Positions 7,769 to 17,879 of a stretch of DNA of 35,541 nt are shown in pieces. The stretch is taken from the IMG/VR virus record IMGVR_UViG_3300007622_000001, positions 1 through 35,541 of that record. One strand, 5' to 3'. Each line of letters begins with the position of its first letter. Position 1 is the stretch's first letter. The stretch comes from a virus (taxonomy: Duplodnaviria > Caudoviricetes). The position numbers and the translations under genes were made by a program. The notes under the pieces were generated by a model. The model saw only the letters and a program-made list of their open reading frames with translations. It made no database searches and was not told the DNA's origin.

Positions 7769-10700
7769 TTATTTATTCTTTTCCATTTCCTTAAGTCTAT
7801 TAATGATATCGTAACGTGCACTGTTTTGTTCATTGCCACCGATAATACCACCTGGGAAACCAAGGAACGAAAATGCTGCTTGAAGTTTTTTAAGATTATC
7901 TGAACTGTCTTTAACATTTCCACTTGCAGTTGTTGAACTGTAAATACCTGGTATGTTACGTATACCAGGTATATCTGTACCGGCAAACAATGGATTTAAT
8001 AAGCGCGACAATGTTGATAGCTGTGGTACTGCAGTTTCAATTGCAGATTCTGCTCTTGCTGGTGCGCCTTCTAATCTTGAACCACTAAAGAATTCTCTAC
8101 CGGCTATTTGTTCTAATGGTCCACGCACTGCTGGCGTTAATGATGCAAGCAAACTGTTAAGGTCAGTCACACCCTGTTGCAATGGTGATGGTGAACCAGC
8201 ACCTGGGAAACCAAAGTCTGGCTTAGCATAGATAGCACCATACCCTGGTATCTGGCCAAGAATAGTTCCACCTGCATCAGAAATATAATCAGGAGTCAAT
8301 GCACCAACAATGTAGTTAGGTGAAAGAACACTAGATCCATCTGCATTCTCAAAGTTTCTACGCGCAGCATTGTACTTCTGATACAGACCTGGGTTTGTAT
8401 ACATGTTTACAAATTGGTTAGGTAAGTTGCGGCTCATCCACATCCAGAACGGAATGAATTGTTTTGCGACTTGGTCTAACTCTGATAGGTCACTATAGTC
8501 TATTAAGAATTTAGCTGTGCGGGCAACTGATTCTTGTGCGGTAAGTCCACCCTTAACTCCATCAAAGGTAAAGATAAAACGTGATTGGTCTTCAATTTTA
8601 TTACCGAATGAACGTGACTTACTTGCTGGTGTTCCTGCAACTTCAGATGCTTTTCGTAAGGCGTCTGATTGTTTGCCACCTGTGAATGGTATTGTACCCG
8701 TTGCTTCTCTGCCAGTAATACCTATCTTACCAAAGCTACCATTATAAAATTCTTCTAAGTCACCAAAGCCTGCACCACCACTGTACTTAAGTGCATCTCT
8801 TGCTGCAGCTTGGTCAGCTTTATCAATGTTCTTTACCTTAAAGAAATCAGCAATCATGTCATCTAATCTTTCAAACTTTGTTATTGTTGGAGCTGTTTCC
8901 TCTAAATACTGATTCCACTTATTGCTAATTTTTATTCCTCTAGCAATGTTGCGTGGGCTTGCACCACCTGCAAACATTTGGAAATAGTTGCTAACAATAT
9001 TTCTTGTATGGAAACCAACGCTAGTTGTATACCAAGTCTTTACTGATTGGTTGTATGTATTCAAACCTTTTATGAATGCATTGCGTTCATTAATGTTTTT
9101 AAGTTTGCTAATGTTATTAAACACATTGGCAAGTTCAACTTTAACTACAGTGTCAGGCATCACGTGTGAATCTAATGCAACAAAAGTATCTTCAGCTAAC
9201 TTAACCATAGTTTTTAATTGTTCTGGCTTTAACTTATCAATAAACTTAGCTATCTTTTCTGGAGAGTTAGAAAATAATGTAGCATATTCTACTTGTGTTT
9301 TGTACAATAAGTTTGCCCATGCATTAGCAGCATCATCTTTAGCAGTTATAGCTTGTCTTAAGTTAAATAAAATATTTCTAATTTCATCTAATGCATCGTT
9401 TGCACTTTCACGTGCGGTGTCAGACAATGCAGATCCTTCAATCTTTCTTGCCTTTGCTTCTATTGCGCCAAGTGTCATGTCTAAATCTTTAAGAACCCAT
9501 GGTTGCAATGCAGTCTTTACTTCATCGCCTGAAGCTGTAAGAAGTCTTGACTTTAATGATGGTCGCAGTGGAGTTGATATAGCGTAGTCGGCCATTTTCC
9601 CACCTACTAAAGCTGGCTTATAACCAACTCCCCAATTGGTACCTGTGTCAATCAAACCACGAGTTGTTTCATCCCAGACCATAGCCATCAATGCATAGTC
9701 ATCAATGAATTTATTGGCGTACTTTTCTAAAGCTCTTTCAACATCAGTATCAAAGAAGTCACCTTTAAATTTACCAAAGTCTCTAGCAATTTTGTTTAAT
9801 TCTTTTAGACTCTTGATAGATCCATCTGGGTTTATAGTCTTTTGCCCAAAGAATAAAGCATCTCCCGAAAGTTGTCTACCAATGTTTTGACCAGGAAGTG
9901 GTGGCTTATTAAAACCAAGAGCAGACAACACAGCTTTTGCTGTATCATCTTTTCCACTTAAAAACTTTAATGCATTTTGTGTTAATGTTTCAGGAAAGAA
10001 ATTAGTACCATCATCAACGACTGTCATTCCTCTAGACTTTGCAGTAGCAATTAGTTCCTGCTTTAATGTATTTATCTTATTAGCAAAATCAACTTCAGCT
10101 TGAACTACTGGTCTGTCTACTGCAATAGCAATCTCATCCAATGTTTTAGTTAAGTCAACACCTGGTGCAAGCAATTCATATACAGTATTTTTATATGGAG
10201 CGTTTTCTTTTGCTAATGTATTTGCAAGTAATGCTTTAACTGTTGGAGCTGCTACCTTTTTAAATCCTTTATACGCATTGTTCTTTGCGACAATTTCTAA
10301 TGCATCAACAGATTCTTTTGCGGTAGCAAATGCACCTGACCTTAATCCAGTCTTTGCATCGAAGACTACCTCAGGTATGTTAGCTCCTGTAATAAACTTT
10401 GCAACTGTACTACCACCTGGTAGACCTACATTCATTGAACCTAAACGAGTCTTAGAAAGAACGTTACCAACATTTCTAGTTAATGCATTGCTTGGTTTTC
10501 CAAGTGCAACCTTAGCTCCACCAATACCCCAACGAAGACCACCAGCTACACCAAGTTCTTTAAGAACATCATCAGACAAACCACCAACACCTCTTACAGC
10601 AATCTTTTCAATAACATCATCAGTCATTGTTCTAACAAATGCTTCTGCTCTACGACCTGCTGCTGTGCCTACAAGTTCTGAAGCTTCTAATGCTGCTTGG

Positions 10701-11635
10701 TCTCTAAGTTCTTTAATAGATGTAGCTGTAGCTGTACGTGCACCAAAGCCAAGTTGTTTGCGCGGGGCAACAGCTGTCCACCTACGAGTAGCTTGAGCAA
10801 GCATTCTATCAGCACCTGTTACTCCACTTTGTTTAGCAACCTGTGCAGCTTCTGCAACTATAGCAGCAGCACCTTGTCTTACTTGCTTCTTAGTTGCACC
10901 TTCACCAAGTTCTATTGCAAGTTTTTTACTAGCTGCTTCAGTTACTTCTTTAACACCTTTAGTTACTAAATCTTCTGCAGCTTCACGAGCAATTCTTTCT
11001 GCTGCTTCTTTACCTGCAGTTTTAATTACAGTTTGCAATCCTATCTTTGCGGCAGTTCCAGTTCCCAATGTGAGATATGTTGTTGGGTCAAGACCAACAT
11101 CAAGTACAAAACCAATTGTGCTATCTAACCACTTGTGACCAGTGTTAATACCAAATAATTTCTTTCCAGAAAGATTAGGGTCTTTAACTTCATTGAAGAA
11201 ATCTTTACCAGCTTCAAATATATTTTGATTTCCACTTAAAACATCGTATTGATTCTTAATTGAAGATTGAACAACGCGCTTACCAACATCTATTACTTGC
11301 AATGGTTTAAGAATGCCCCACTCTAGTGCACCAAGGCCAACATCTTTATACCAAGGCAGATCTGGCTTAGCTGTTTCAATTTGCTTTGGTGTGTACTTTG
11401 TACCATACAACTGTGCTTGCTTATAAAGGATCTGTTCATCTAACTTTTCGGACAAAGGGATACCAGCACGTGCTAAGTCACTTTTAATTACAGGTGTAGA
11501 TTTAGGAGCAGTAGTTTTAGGAGTAGTAGTTTTAGGTTGACCAACTACAGTAGTAGGAGTAAAGCCTGAACCGTATACAGTTCCAACCCAATCAATTGTT
11601 GTTGGGGTTGTGGGTGGTTTAGGAGGTGTTGCCAT
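7769..11635 (-). CDS. Large internal virion / DNA-ejection-like protein, 1288 aa
   Basis: Largest ORF, last of the post-tail block; helical; DPTTYL and FLIDYSDLS..FIPFWMW motifs typical of podovirus ejection proteins. Confidence 0.6.
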   Translation of the reverse strand: MATPPKPPTTPTTIDWVGTVYGSGFTPTTVVGQPKTTTPKTTAPKSTPVIKSDLARAGIPLSEKLDEQILYKQAQLYGTKYTPKQIETAKPDLPWYKDVGLGALEWGILKPLQVIDVGKRVVQSSIKNQYDVLSGNQNIFEAGKDFFNEVKDPNLSGKKLFGINTGHKWLDSTIGFVLDVGLDPTTYLTLGTGTAAKIGLQTVIKTAGKEAAERIAREAAEDLVTKGVKEVTEAASKKLAIELGEGATKKQVRQGAAAIVAEAAQVAKQSGVTGADRMLAQATRRWTAVAPRKQLGFGARTATATSIKELRDQAALEASELVGTAAGRRAEAFVRTMTDDVIEKIAVRGVGGLSDDVLKELGVAGGLRWGIGGAKVALGKPSNALTRNVGNVLSKTRLGSMNVGLPGGSTVAKFITGANIPEVVFDAKTGLRSGAFATAKESVDALEIVAKNNAYKGFKKVAAPTVKALLANTLAKENAPYKNTVYELLAPGVDLTKTLDEIAIAVDRPVVQAEVDFANKINTLKQELIATAKSRGMTVVDDGTNFFPETLTQNALKFLSGKDDTAKAVLSALGFNKPPLPGQNIGRQLSGDALFFGQKTINPDGSIKSLKELNKIARDFGKFKGDFFDTDVERALEKYANKFIDDYALMAMVWDETTRGLIDTGTNWGVGYKPALVGGKMADYAISTPLRPSLKSRLLTASGDEVKTALQPWVLKDLDMTLGAIEAKARKIEGSALSDTARESANDALDEIRNILFNLRQAITAKDDAANAWANLLYKTQVEYATLFSNSPEKIAKFIDKLKPEQLKTMVKLAEDTFVALDSHVMPDTVVKVELANVFNNISKLKNINERNAFIKGLNTYNQSVKTWYTTSVGFHTRNIVSNYFQMFAGGASPRNIARGIKISNKWNQYLEETAPTITKFERLDDMIADFFKVKNIDKADQAAARDALKYSGGAGFGDLEEFYNGSFGKIGITGREATGTIPFTGGKQSDALRKASEVAGTPASKSRSFGNKIEDQSRFIFTFDGVKGGLTAQESVARTAKFLIDYSDLSELDQVAKQFIPFWMWMSRNLPNQFVNMYTNPGLYQKYNAARRNFENADGSSVLSPNYIVGALTPDYISDAGGTILGQIPGYGAIYAKPDFGFPGAGSPSPLQQGVTDLNSLLASLTPAVRGPLEQIAGREFFSGSRLEGAPARAESAIETAVPQLSTLSRLLNPLFAGTDIPGIRNIPGIYSSTTASGNVKDSSDNLKKLQAAFSFLGFPGGIIGGNEQNSARYDIINRLKEMEKNK

Positions 11636-12334
11636 TTACTTTCTTACCTGTAACGTTGCACGAACTTGGTCGGTGAACGGATTAATACCAGATTTATTTA
11701 TCTTTGCTAGCACTGCTGAACCTAAATTCTTTACGTATGCTTCAGTATAGGCTTTAGCATTTTGTGCAGTAACCCCACGTTTAATAAGGTCAGCGTATCT
11801 TGCGCTAGCTTTTTTATTTATATAGTCCACTGCTGGCTTGTATGCCACTGTGTTACCATCTGGTGTATTTGTTAAACCATAACGTGCTTCTGGATTTAAA
11901 CCATACTGGCTGAACACATGAGTTTCTTTTTGTGCTTTGTATTTCTTTAATGCGCTACCTTTTTGACTATAAATATCTTTAAGTTGGTCATAGTAGTCAC
12001 CGCTAGTAAGACCAGTTCCAGTTAAGTAACCTTCTTTTGCGGCCTTTCTAGATACTGCTGATACATCTGCTAATGATGTTAAGTTATCAATGTTATCTCT
12101 AGTAAATCCAGACAACTTATCATCACCACTATAGTTTTTAGTTTGAACATAATCTGGTGCTTCGTACTCATACCATTCATCTTGCGAATACCACTTGGGT
12201 GGTTTCTTAAAACTAGCAATGGTTCCTTTAGGGTTAGCAATGTATTGGAATGCAGTATATTGCGATGCCCTAATAGGGTCTTGAAACTCCATAAGATACT
12301 GATTGTATACTTGACCTAGATCTAATCCTGCCAT
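11636..12334 (-). CDS. Putative internal virion protein, 232 aa
   Basis: Position in the ejection block; abuts the next gene. Confidence 0.55.
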   Translation of the reverse strand: MAGLDLGQVYNQYLMEFQDPIRASQYTAFQYIANPKGTIASFKKPPKWYSQDEWYEYEAPDYVQTKNYSGDDKLSGFTRDNIDNLTSLADVSAVSRKAAKEGYLTGTGLTSGDYYDQLKDIYSQKGSALKKYKAQKETHVFSQYGLNPEARYGLTNTPDGNTVAYKPAVDYINKKASARYADLIKRGVTAQNAKAYTEAYVKNLGSAVLAKINKSGINPFTDQVRATLQVRK

Positions 12335-12343
12335 AAATAATCC

Positions 12344-13678
12344 TTACTTCTTTTTAGCAGCAGCTGTTGCTTTTACTGCAGCTGCTCTAAGTTTTGGAAA
12401 CTCTTCTTTAACTTGTGCTGGTGTTGCCTTTGGATTAGCAGCTATAAACTTATCAACTCTAGTTGTTAATGCTGCGCTCTTTGCATTAGCTACTTGTTTA
12501 GCAAGTGTGTTAACTGCTGCTGAACGAGATGCTGCTGTCTCTGCTGCTGCTTTATCAGCGGCTGCTTTTTCTGCTGCTGTTGCTGCAGCTAAACGGGCTG
12601 TTCTTTCTTCTGGAGTTTCAGTTGACTCAGTGGTATCTATCTTAAGATTACCAGATACTTGCAGTTCAGCAATAGCATCTTGCAATGCTTGTTCACGTGC
12701 AACAGAATCTCTTTGTAGTTGCAACTTAGCTGAGTTGTATTCAGTTTGTATTGCATTTAATTGATTCAACTGTGCTTGTGACAAGCTTCCTTCTTGCTGT
12801 GCTTTTTGTGCAGAGAGTTGTGCTTGCGCAAATCTCTGTGCCATAGCTTGTTCATTCTGTCTAGACTGGTTTGCTTGTGTAGCAGATGCAGCAAGAACTG
12901 TTAGAAGATTATTATAATTAGCTGCTCCACCTTGTGCTGCTGCATTAGCTGCTTGTAGTCCAGGCTCTACTCTTCCTGCTTCTACGCCACGAGATGCCAT
13001 GTACTGAGCAAGGTCACTAGCTGCTGGTGCTGCAGTAGCACGTTCAGCTGTAGCATAAGCATTCTGTGGTGCATTCTGCAGGTAAGCTTGCAAGTTAGCA
13101 AAACCTTCATTAGTTAAATTGCCAGCTTGTGTATATGCAGTACCTAATCTATTAAATAAATTACTATAGGTAGTGTTTGCAAAATCTGTACGTTGATTTC
13201 TTTGGTCTTCTAAAGTTTGGCCCAATGCATCTGGAATTGCACCATCTGCATACTTACCAAGTTGACCTTGATAATATTTCAAAGCTTCTTGTGCGCCCAG
13301 CCCTTTTCTTTGTAACGCTGCGGTATCTAATGCTTGCTGTTGATTATACTTTGCTATTTCTAAATCTAATTTATCTGATGCAGTCTGAGCTTCTAATCCA
13401 CGAGCACTACCTAATGCATCATAATAAGATGCTGGTGCACCGCCACCACTGCCACCACCAAGTAGAATACCTTCCCAAGGATTACCCTGTTCTGGAATAG
13501 GAAAATCATCTGCTAGGTCAATACCAGCACCAGCTTGAGCTTCAGCAGCTGTAGTAGGAGTTATAGTTTTAAAGACAGAAGGAGCACCAACACCAGCAGC
13601 CTTAGCTCCTGCACGTGCACCTGGAGGTGCTGCTCCATATTTAACAACTCCTAAATTACTACCACTAGTATCTGACAT
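12344..13678 (-). CDS. Ala/Gln-rich coiled-coil internal virion/ejection-like protein, 444 aa
   Basis: Composition and position. Confidence 0.55.
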   Translation of the reverse strand: MSDTSGSNLGVVKYGAAPPGARAGAKAAGVGAPSVFKTITPTTAAEAQAGAGIDLADDFPIPEQGNPWEGILLGGGSGGGAPASYYDALGSARGLEAQTASDKLDLEIAKYNQQQALDTAALQRKGLGAQEALKYYQGQLGKYADGAIPDALGQTLEDQRNQRTDFANTTYSNLFNRLGTAYTQAGNLTNEGFANLQAYLQNAPQNAYATAERATAAPAASDLAQYMASRGVEAGRVEPGLQAANAAAQGGAANYNNLLTVLAASATQANQSRQNEQAMAQRFAQAQLSAQKAQQEGSLSQAQLNQLNAIQTEYNSAKLQLQRDSVAREQALQDAIAELQVSGNLKIDTTESTETPEERTARLAAATAAEKAAADKAAAETAASRSAAVNTLAKQVANAKSAALTTRVDKFIAANPKATPAQVKEEFPKLRAAAVKATAAAKKK

Positions 13679-13684
13679 ACAATC

Positions 13685-14116
13685 CTACCTTAATTCCAAT
13701 AATGCTGCAGCATCAGCAGCTATTTGTCTTGCTTTATCTGATTCTATATTCTTTAAAGCATCTTGATAAGATTCTTGACCTTGTGTTGCGGCCAAGTCAT
13801 ATCCTCTTTGCTGATTGGCTAGGTCACTTCTAGCATAACCTAATTGCCTAGCTCTTTCTGAGGCATAGTCACCTAATGCTTTATTGTATGCGCCAGATCT
13901 AATGCCCTGTCCATACAATCCACGCTTGCCATAGTTAGCAGTAAGTCTTGGCACTTGTTTTTGTGCGCCAAAGGCTGCTTCATCCACGGTAGTAATAGCA
14001 CGTCGACCAGCAGTATCTGCCAGATAACGCTTATAAGTATTGATTGCCTGCTGCTGAGCAAAGCCTAGGCCTAGGCCTCTGCGCTGCTGCTCATAAATAC
14101 TTGGGTCAAAAGCCAT
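13685..14116 (-). CDS. Putative internal virion protein, 143 aa
   Basis: YGKRGLY..GIRSG motif, helical; first gene after a late-type motif. Confidence 0.55.
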   Translation of the reverse strand: MAFDPSIYEQQRRGLGLGFAQQQAINTYKRYLADTAGRRAITTVDEAAFGAQKQVPRLTANYGKRGLYGQGIRSGAYNKALGDYASERARQLGYARSDLANQQRGYDLAATQGQESYQDALKNIESDKARQIAADAAALLELR

Positions 14117-14124
14117 GTAAATTA

Positions 14125-14152
14125 CCTCTTATTATAATGTAAAAAATTTTCC
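14125..14152 (-). promoter_or_regulatory. Conserved late-promoter-like motif, copy upstream of 14116
   Basis: GGAAAA TTTTTT ACAT TATAAT AAGAGG. Confidence 0.6.
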
Positions 14153-14154
14153 TA

Positions 14155-14382
14155 TTACCATTGCCCTATTGGGCAGGTCGCGTGCTTTAACTTTACTTTC
14201 ATCTTCATAAAACAGCCACATTGCTTGCACTGGGTAGTTGGTTTAATAAACTCTGGGCAGTCCATACATAAAGAATATCTAGCACTTTCTTCTTCGTCAC
14301 TAGCGTACTCTGTGTTTGGGTTTAAAAAATCCCAGGGTCTCGTTACTCCTATCTTAGCTTTATAATCCTTCCAAGCTGACAC
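14155..14382 (-). CDS. Small Cys-rich protein, DUF6171-like
   Basis: R...CMDC...CKQCGCFM..K......CP.GQW pattern. Confidence 0.75.
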   Translation of the reverse strand: MSAWKDYKAKIGVTRPWDFLNPNTEYASDEEESARYSLCMDCPEFIKPTTQCKQCGCFMKMKVKLKHATCPIGQW

Positions 14383-14609
14383 TATTCCTCCGTTAATTTA
14401 AATTCTGTACCATCCCAAATCATACCTAATTGTAGCACACTTAGTTGTTCTTCTTTAATTGGGACTATTGTAGGGTTTGAACTCATGCCGGCAATTAAAG
14501 GTTCATGGTTTTTAGCCACCCCTACAACGCCAGTAAATTCACCATCTACTACACATGCAAAAAAATCAAATTGTTGATTCATTATTTCTCCTTCTATTAT
14601 CAATTGCAT
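14382..14609 (-). CDS. Small tail-fibre-associated protein
   Basis: FACVVDGE...SNPTIV...GMIWDGTEF; true start may be the second Met. Confidence 0.6.
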   Translation of the reverse strand: MQLIIEGEIMNQQFDFFACVVDGEFTGVVGVAKNHEPLIAGMSSNPTIVPIKEEQLSVLQLGMIWDGTEFKLTEE

Positions 14610-15439
14610 CTTCCTTGGCCTGTATTATACCAGTCTCCCCAATATGTATTTCCTGCTAGGGAAGAACAATCACATCCTTGACAAGCACCACCGCAATTAG
14701 TTCCTGTTCCACCAGTTGCTCCGCAGCCACCTGCATAGTATATTCCATTGCGATTTTGCCATATACAAGTAAACTCAGGTCCTCTAGGACAGAAGCATCG
14801 TCGCGTATCAGTAACTCCTACACCACTACAGCATGTGCAGTTAGGAAGTGGAACATATCCACACTCTGCTGATAGTCCTTGTGATACTGCATAACTGCCA
14901 CAACTTCCATCAGCGTAATTAAAAATTAAAGTTGTTCCACTACATGCTTGTGATAAGAATGTTCCATATGGAGTGCATGCTGGAGGAGGAGGTTGATACC
15001 CACAGGCAGTGCTATTGTAAGCTAGTATTTCGTTATACGTGCCACCACTACCATCAGCACGTAAGTTAAAGAGAGTAGTACCACTGCATTGGTTTGCTGC
15101 AATGAGTGTGCCATACGGAGGATAAACTGGTGGAGCAAACGGAGTAACGGCATTTGATGGATCTGTAGATGGGGATTGAACTCCATAGTTAGTTATTCCA
15201 AATATTGTAAAAGTATAAGCTGTTCCATTTGTTAAACCTGCAACTTCAATTGGTGACCCTGCAGAACTTCCAGTCAGTCCACTTGGTGAAGAAACAGCAG
15301 TATAAGATATAGTTCCTTTACCAATATAGGATGGAGGAGTAAAGGTAATGACTGCTCGAGTGTTTCCAGCCGTAGCTGTACCCATCACTGGTCTACCTGG
15401 AGTATCACCTCCACCATCTATAAATCCAAGGATCGGCAT
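14600..15439 (-). CDS. FN3-domain plus Cys-rich repeat protein (fibre tip/adhesin candidate); start revised to ATG 15439
   Basis: MPILG start coupled by TAATG to the upstream gene; FN3 signature GLTNGTAYTFTI; two PYGT..CSGTTL..ADG..CGY repeats. Confidence 0.75.
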   Translation of the reverse strand: MPILGFIDGGGDTPGRPVMGTATAGNTRAVITFTPPSYIGKGTISYTAVSSPSGLTGSSAGSPIEVAGLTNGTAYTFTIFGITNYGVQSPSTDPSNAVTPFAPPVYPPYGTLIAANQCSGTTLFNLRADGSGGTYNEILAYNSTACGYQPPPPACTPYGTFLSQACSGTTLIFNYADGSCGSYAVSQGLSAECGYVPLPNCTCCSGVGVTDTRRCFCPRGPEFTCIWQNRNGIYYAGGCGATGGTGTNCGGACQGCDCSSLAGNTYWGDWYNTGQGRCN

Positions 15440-16089
15440 TACGCGCTCAAGTCGCCAACTGCTACCCAAGTATCAGGCATTGCTCTTTTAATTAAAGTTG
15501 CAGCTGTCCATTGTGCACGTGTCTTAGTTCCAGGGTTTGAATTTAATGATACACCAGTGCCTGGAGTAAATGTTATTTGTCCTGCGCCAGTTTGAAGGAA
15601 TGTTATTTGTGTGCCAAGTGGAAAAGCTACAGAAGAATTGGGTGGAATAGTTACGGCAACTCCCGTTGCATTACTGACCTCTATCAATTTGCCATCATCT
15701 GATAAAATTAAAACATAACTAGCAACCTGTGCATTTATTTCTAAGTGATAAACAACATTGCCTGCCGTTACAATTCCAGAGGCTGGAGTTGGAACTGATA
15801 TAGTTCCTACTGTAATGCTTGATGCAATAGCTGTACCAATATTAGGTGTTCCATTTAAAACTACTGATGATTGAATCTTAATGCTTGTCACGTTGCCGTC
15901 AGCAAGCAATGCAGTAGTAATAGCACCAGCAGCAATAGTTGCAGTTCCTATCACTCCTGTTCCAAAGTTCGTACCATTCTGTAATGATGTACAAAAGTTA
16001 GCTATTGATGTGTTGTTTGCGTTATGTTGTGCGGCTACTACTGGGAAGCCAACTTGAAACGCAAATGGAATATTGATTGGTGTAGACAT
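15439..16089 (-). CDS. Short tail fibre/spike with C-terminal docking-like domain
   Basis: Follows the nozzle gene; N-terminal anchor (AAQHNAN), GAITTALLADG repeats; C-domain similar to the C-terminus of 31015-33144. Confidence 0.7.
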   Translation of the reverse strand: MSTPINIPFAFQVGFPVVAAQHNANNTSIANFCTSLQNGTNFGTGVIGTATIAAGAITTALLADGNVTSIKIQSSVVLNGTPNIGTAIASSITVGTISVPTPASGIVTAGNVVYHLEINAQVASYVLILSDDGKLIEVSNATGVAVTIPPNSSVAFPLGTQITFLQTGAGQITFTPGTGVSLNSNPGTKTRAQWTAATLIKRAMPDTWVAVGDLSA

Positions 16090-16091
16090 TA

Positions 16092-17876
16092 TTAAGTACT
16101 CCTAATTTTTCTTCTCTTGTATTTGTAAGCTATTGAATTTAATCCCCATTTTCTACCTGGGAATTGAACCTCATATGTTGTTTCATCTGGTCCTAGGAAT
16201 TGTAACTGTATTGCAAAACCTCTTCCAAGGGGTGAAATACCTTTTCTTTTAAGTGCTGCACCTTCTGTACTAAAACCATACGTTGCAGAATTAGCAAGTA
16301 AAGGTTCAGGTGGTGGATCTGCTACATATTCTTCACCTGGACTAGCATCATTTAATACATATACTGCACCACCAGTTGTAGGTGCTAAGAAAATACTTCT
16401 AGTTCCACCAATTACATTAGTCTCATCATAGTTTTTATAACGATTTAATCTAATAATTGTATCAATAGGTACATCTTTAAATACAAAGTAAGGACGAATA
16501 AAAGTTTTTAACTGCGCGTATGTTGCATCGTTAAACCAAGATGTAGTGTAGTATGATGGGTATCTGCCGTTAAAACCTGCACCTGTTGCAATGTCATCGT
16601 CAACATAATTATAATCATCTACAAAATAAACACACGGTAAATCATCATCTTGACCTGTCATTAAATAATATGGTGTGTCATCAGATGTTCTCCAATCACA
16701 ACCAGATAGTAATGCAAAACCAGATACACCTGAAGGTACGTCTTCCTCAAATGAAGGTGCAGTTTGAAACATACTGTATGCACCATTAGGTCCGATTGTA
16801 GCATCAAATATTAAATTAACAGATGCATAAATTGGTGGTGGTCCATCATCGCCTGCACGATATGGCAACGATATCCAAACTCTATTGCGTACAAATGAAA
16901 GTGTTATAGTATTAGTTGCAATAGGATTAATTTCACCGTTAATAATTAATGGTCTTATACGTTCGAAGATATCATTAACACCATTACGATTGTAAAAGAA
17001 TAATCCTTGCGGCCAGTCAAAGAAGTATACTCCACCATTACCAGCAATAGCTTGTTGTGGTGTGTCAATACCTAAGTTGGTTGTAACTTCTACAAGTTGG
17101 AATGAGTCAGCATCATAGCCCATAAGAAGATAAACAGCTTTAGGTTTAAATATTAATAATTGTCCATCAACTATTTGAATGCCACGTATACCATCTCCGC
17201 CTGCAATAATGTCTATGTAGTCATCTTGGAACCAGTTCTCTGGTGAGCTTTCGTGTGACCAACGAAGTCTATTAGAATATGCTGTACCATCTTCATAAGT
17301 ATTAGCTACAAATAATTTATTAGCATGAGCAACTGTTAGTTCTGCGCGCGGCATATAACCACCAACTGGTAATTGGTATGGCTGCCATGTAGGACCAGAT
17401 GCTGCTAGTGCGGTTGCGTATGTATTTCCTACAATCCACTTATACATTTGAGCTGCATTTTTACCAAGCGCAATATACAAAGTATCTTCCCATTGAGTAA
17501 ACGATGCACCGTTTAAAGATTCAACTACCAATGGTGTAGATAATGCACTATCTAAATAACTAAAATCACCACCAGAAGAAACATAAACTTTACCATCTAT
17601 TGGTGTTGCTGCATCTTGCAACCCAGTTGAAAGCATTATGCGCGGAGAACCAGTATATTTATAATTATAAATTGTTTTAGGATTCCATGTTCCAGCAAAT
17701 GTTATTGCAGTAGTATTCAGTTTTTGAAAGCCGGCACGAGAAAACACACCACCACGTGGGTCAATCTCTACGTTAAGCATTCCTGGTGATTCATTAGGCT
17801 TTAATTGAAATTGGTCAGCACGAAAGTTAAGCCCACCGGTAAAGTTAAAAGCTTCTTGTACTATAATATTAGCCAT
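16092..17876 (-). CDS. Podovirus tail nozzle / stabilisation-like protein
   Basis: FTGGLN start, beta-rich (RLRWS, LLIFK), 594 aa, follows the adaptor. Confidence 0.7.
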   Translation of the reverse strand: MANIIVQEAFNFTGGLNFRADQFQLKPNESPGMLNVEIDPRGGVFSRAGFQKLNTTAITFAGTWNPKTIYNYKYTGSPRIMLSTGLQDAATPIDGKVYVSSGGDFSYLDSALSTPLVVESLNGASFTQWEDTLYIALGKNAAQMYKWIVGNTYATALAASGPTWQPYQLPVGGYMPRAELTVAHANKLFVANTYEDGTAYSNRLRWSHESSPENWFQDDYIDIIAGGDGIRGIQIVDGQLLIFKPKAVYLLMGYDADSFQLVEVTTNLGIDTPQQAIAGNGGVYFFDWPQGLFFYNRNGVNDIFERIRPLIINGEINPIATNTITLSFVRNRVWISLPYRAGDDGPPPIYASVNLIFDATIGPNGAYSMFQTAPSFEEDVPSGVSGFALLSGCDWRTSDDTPYYLMTGQDDDLPCVYFVDDYNYVDDDIATGAGFNGRYPSYYTTSWFNDATYAQLKTFIRPYFVFKDVPIDTIIRLNRYKNYDETNVIGGTRSIFLAPTTGGAVYVLNDASPGEEYVADPPPEPLLANSATYGFSTEGAALKRKGISPLGRGFAIQLQFLGPDETTYEVQFPGRKWGLNSIAYKYKRRKIRST

Positions 17877-17879
17877 TAT

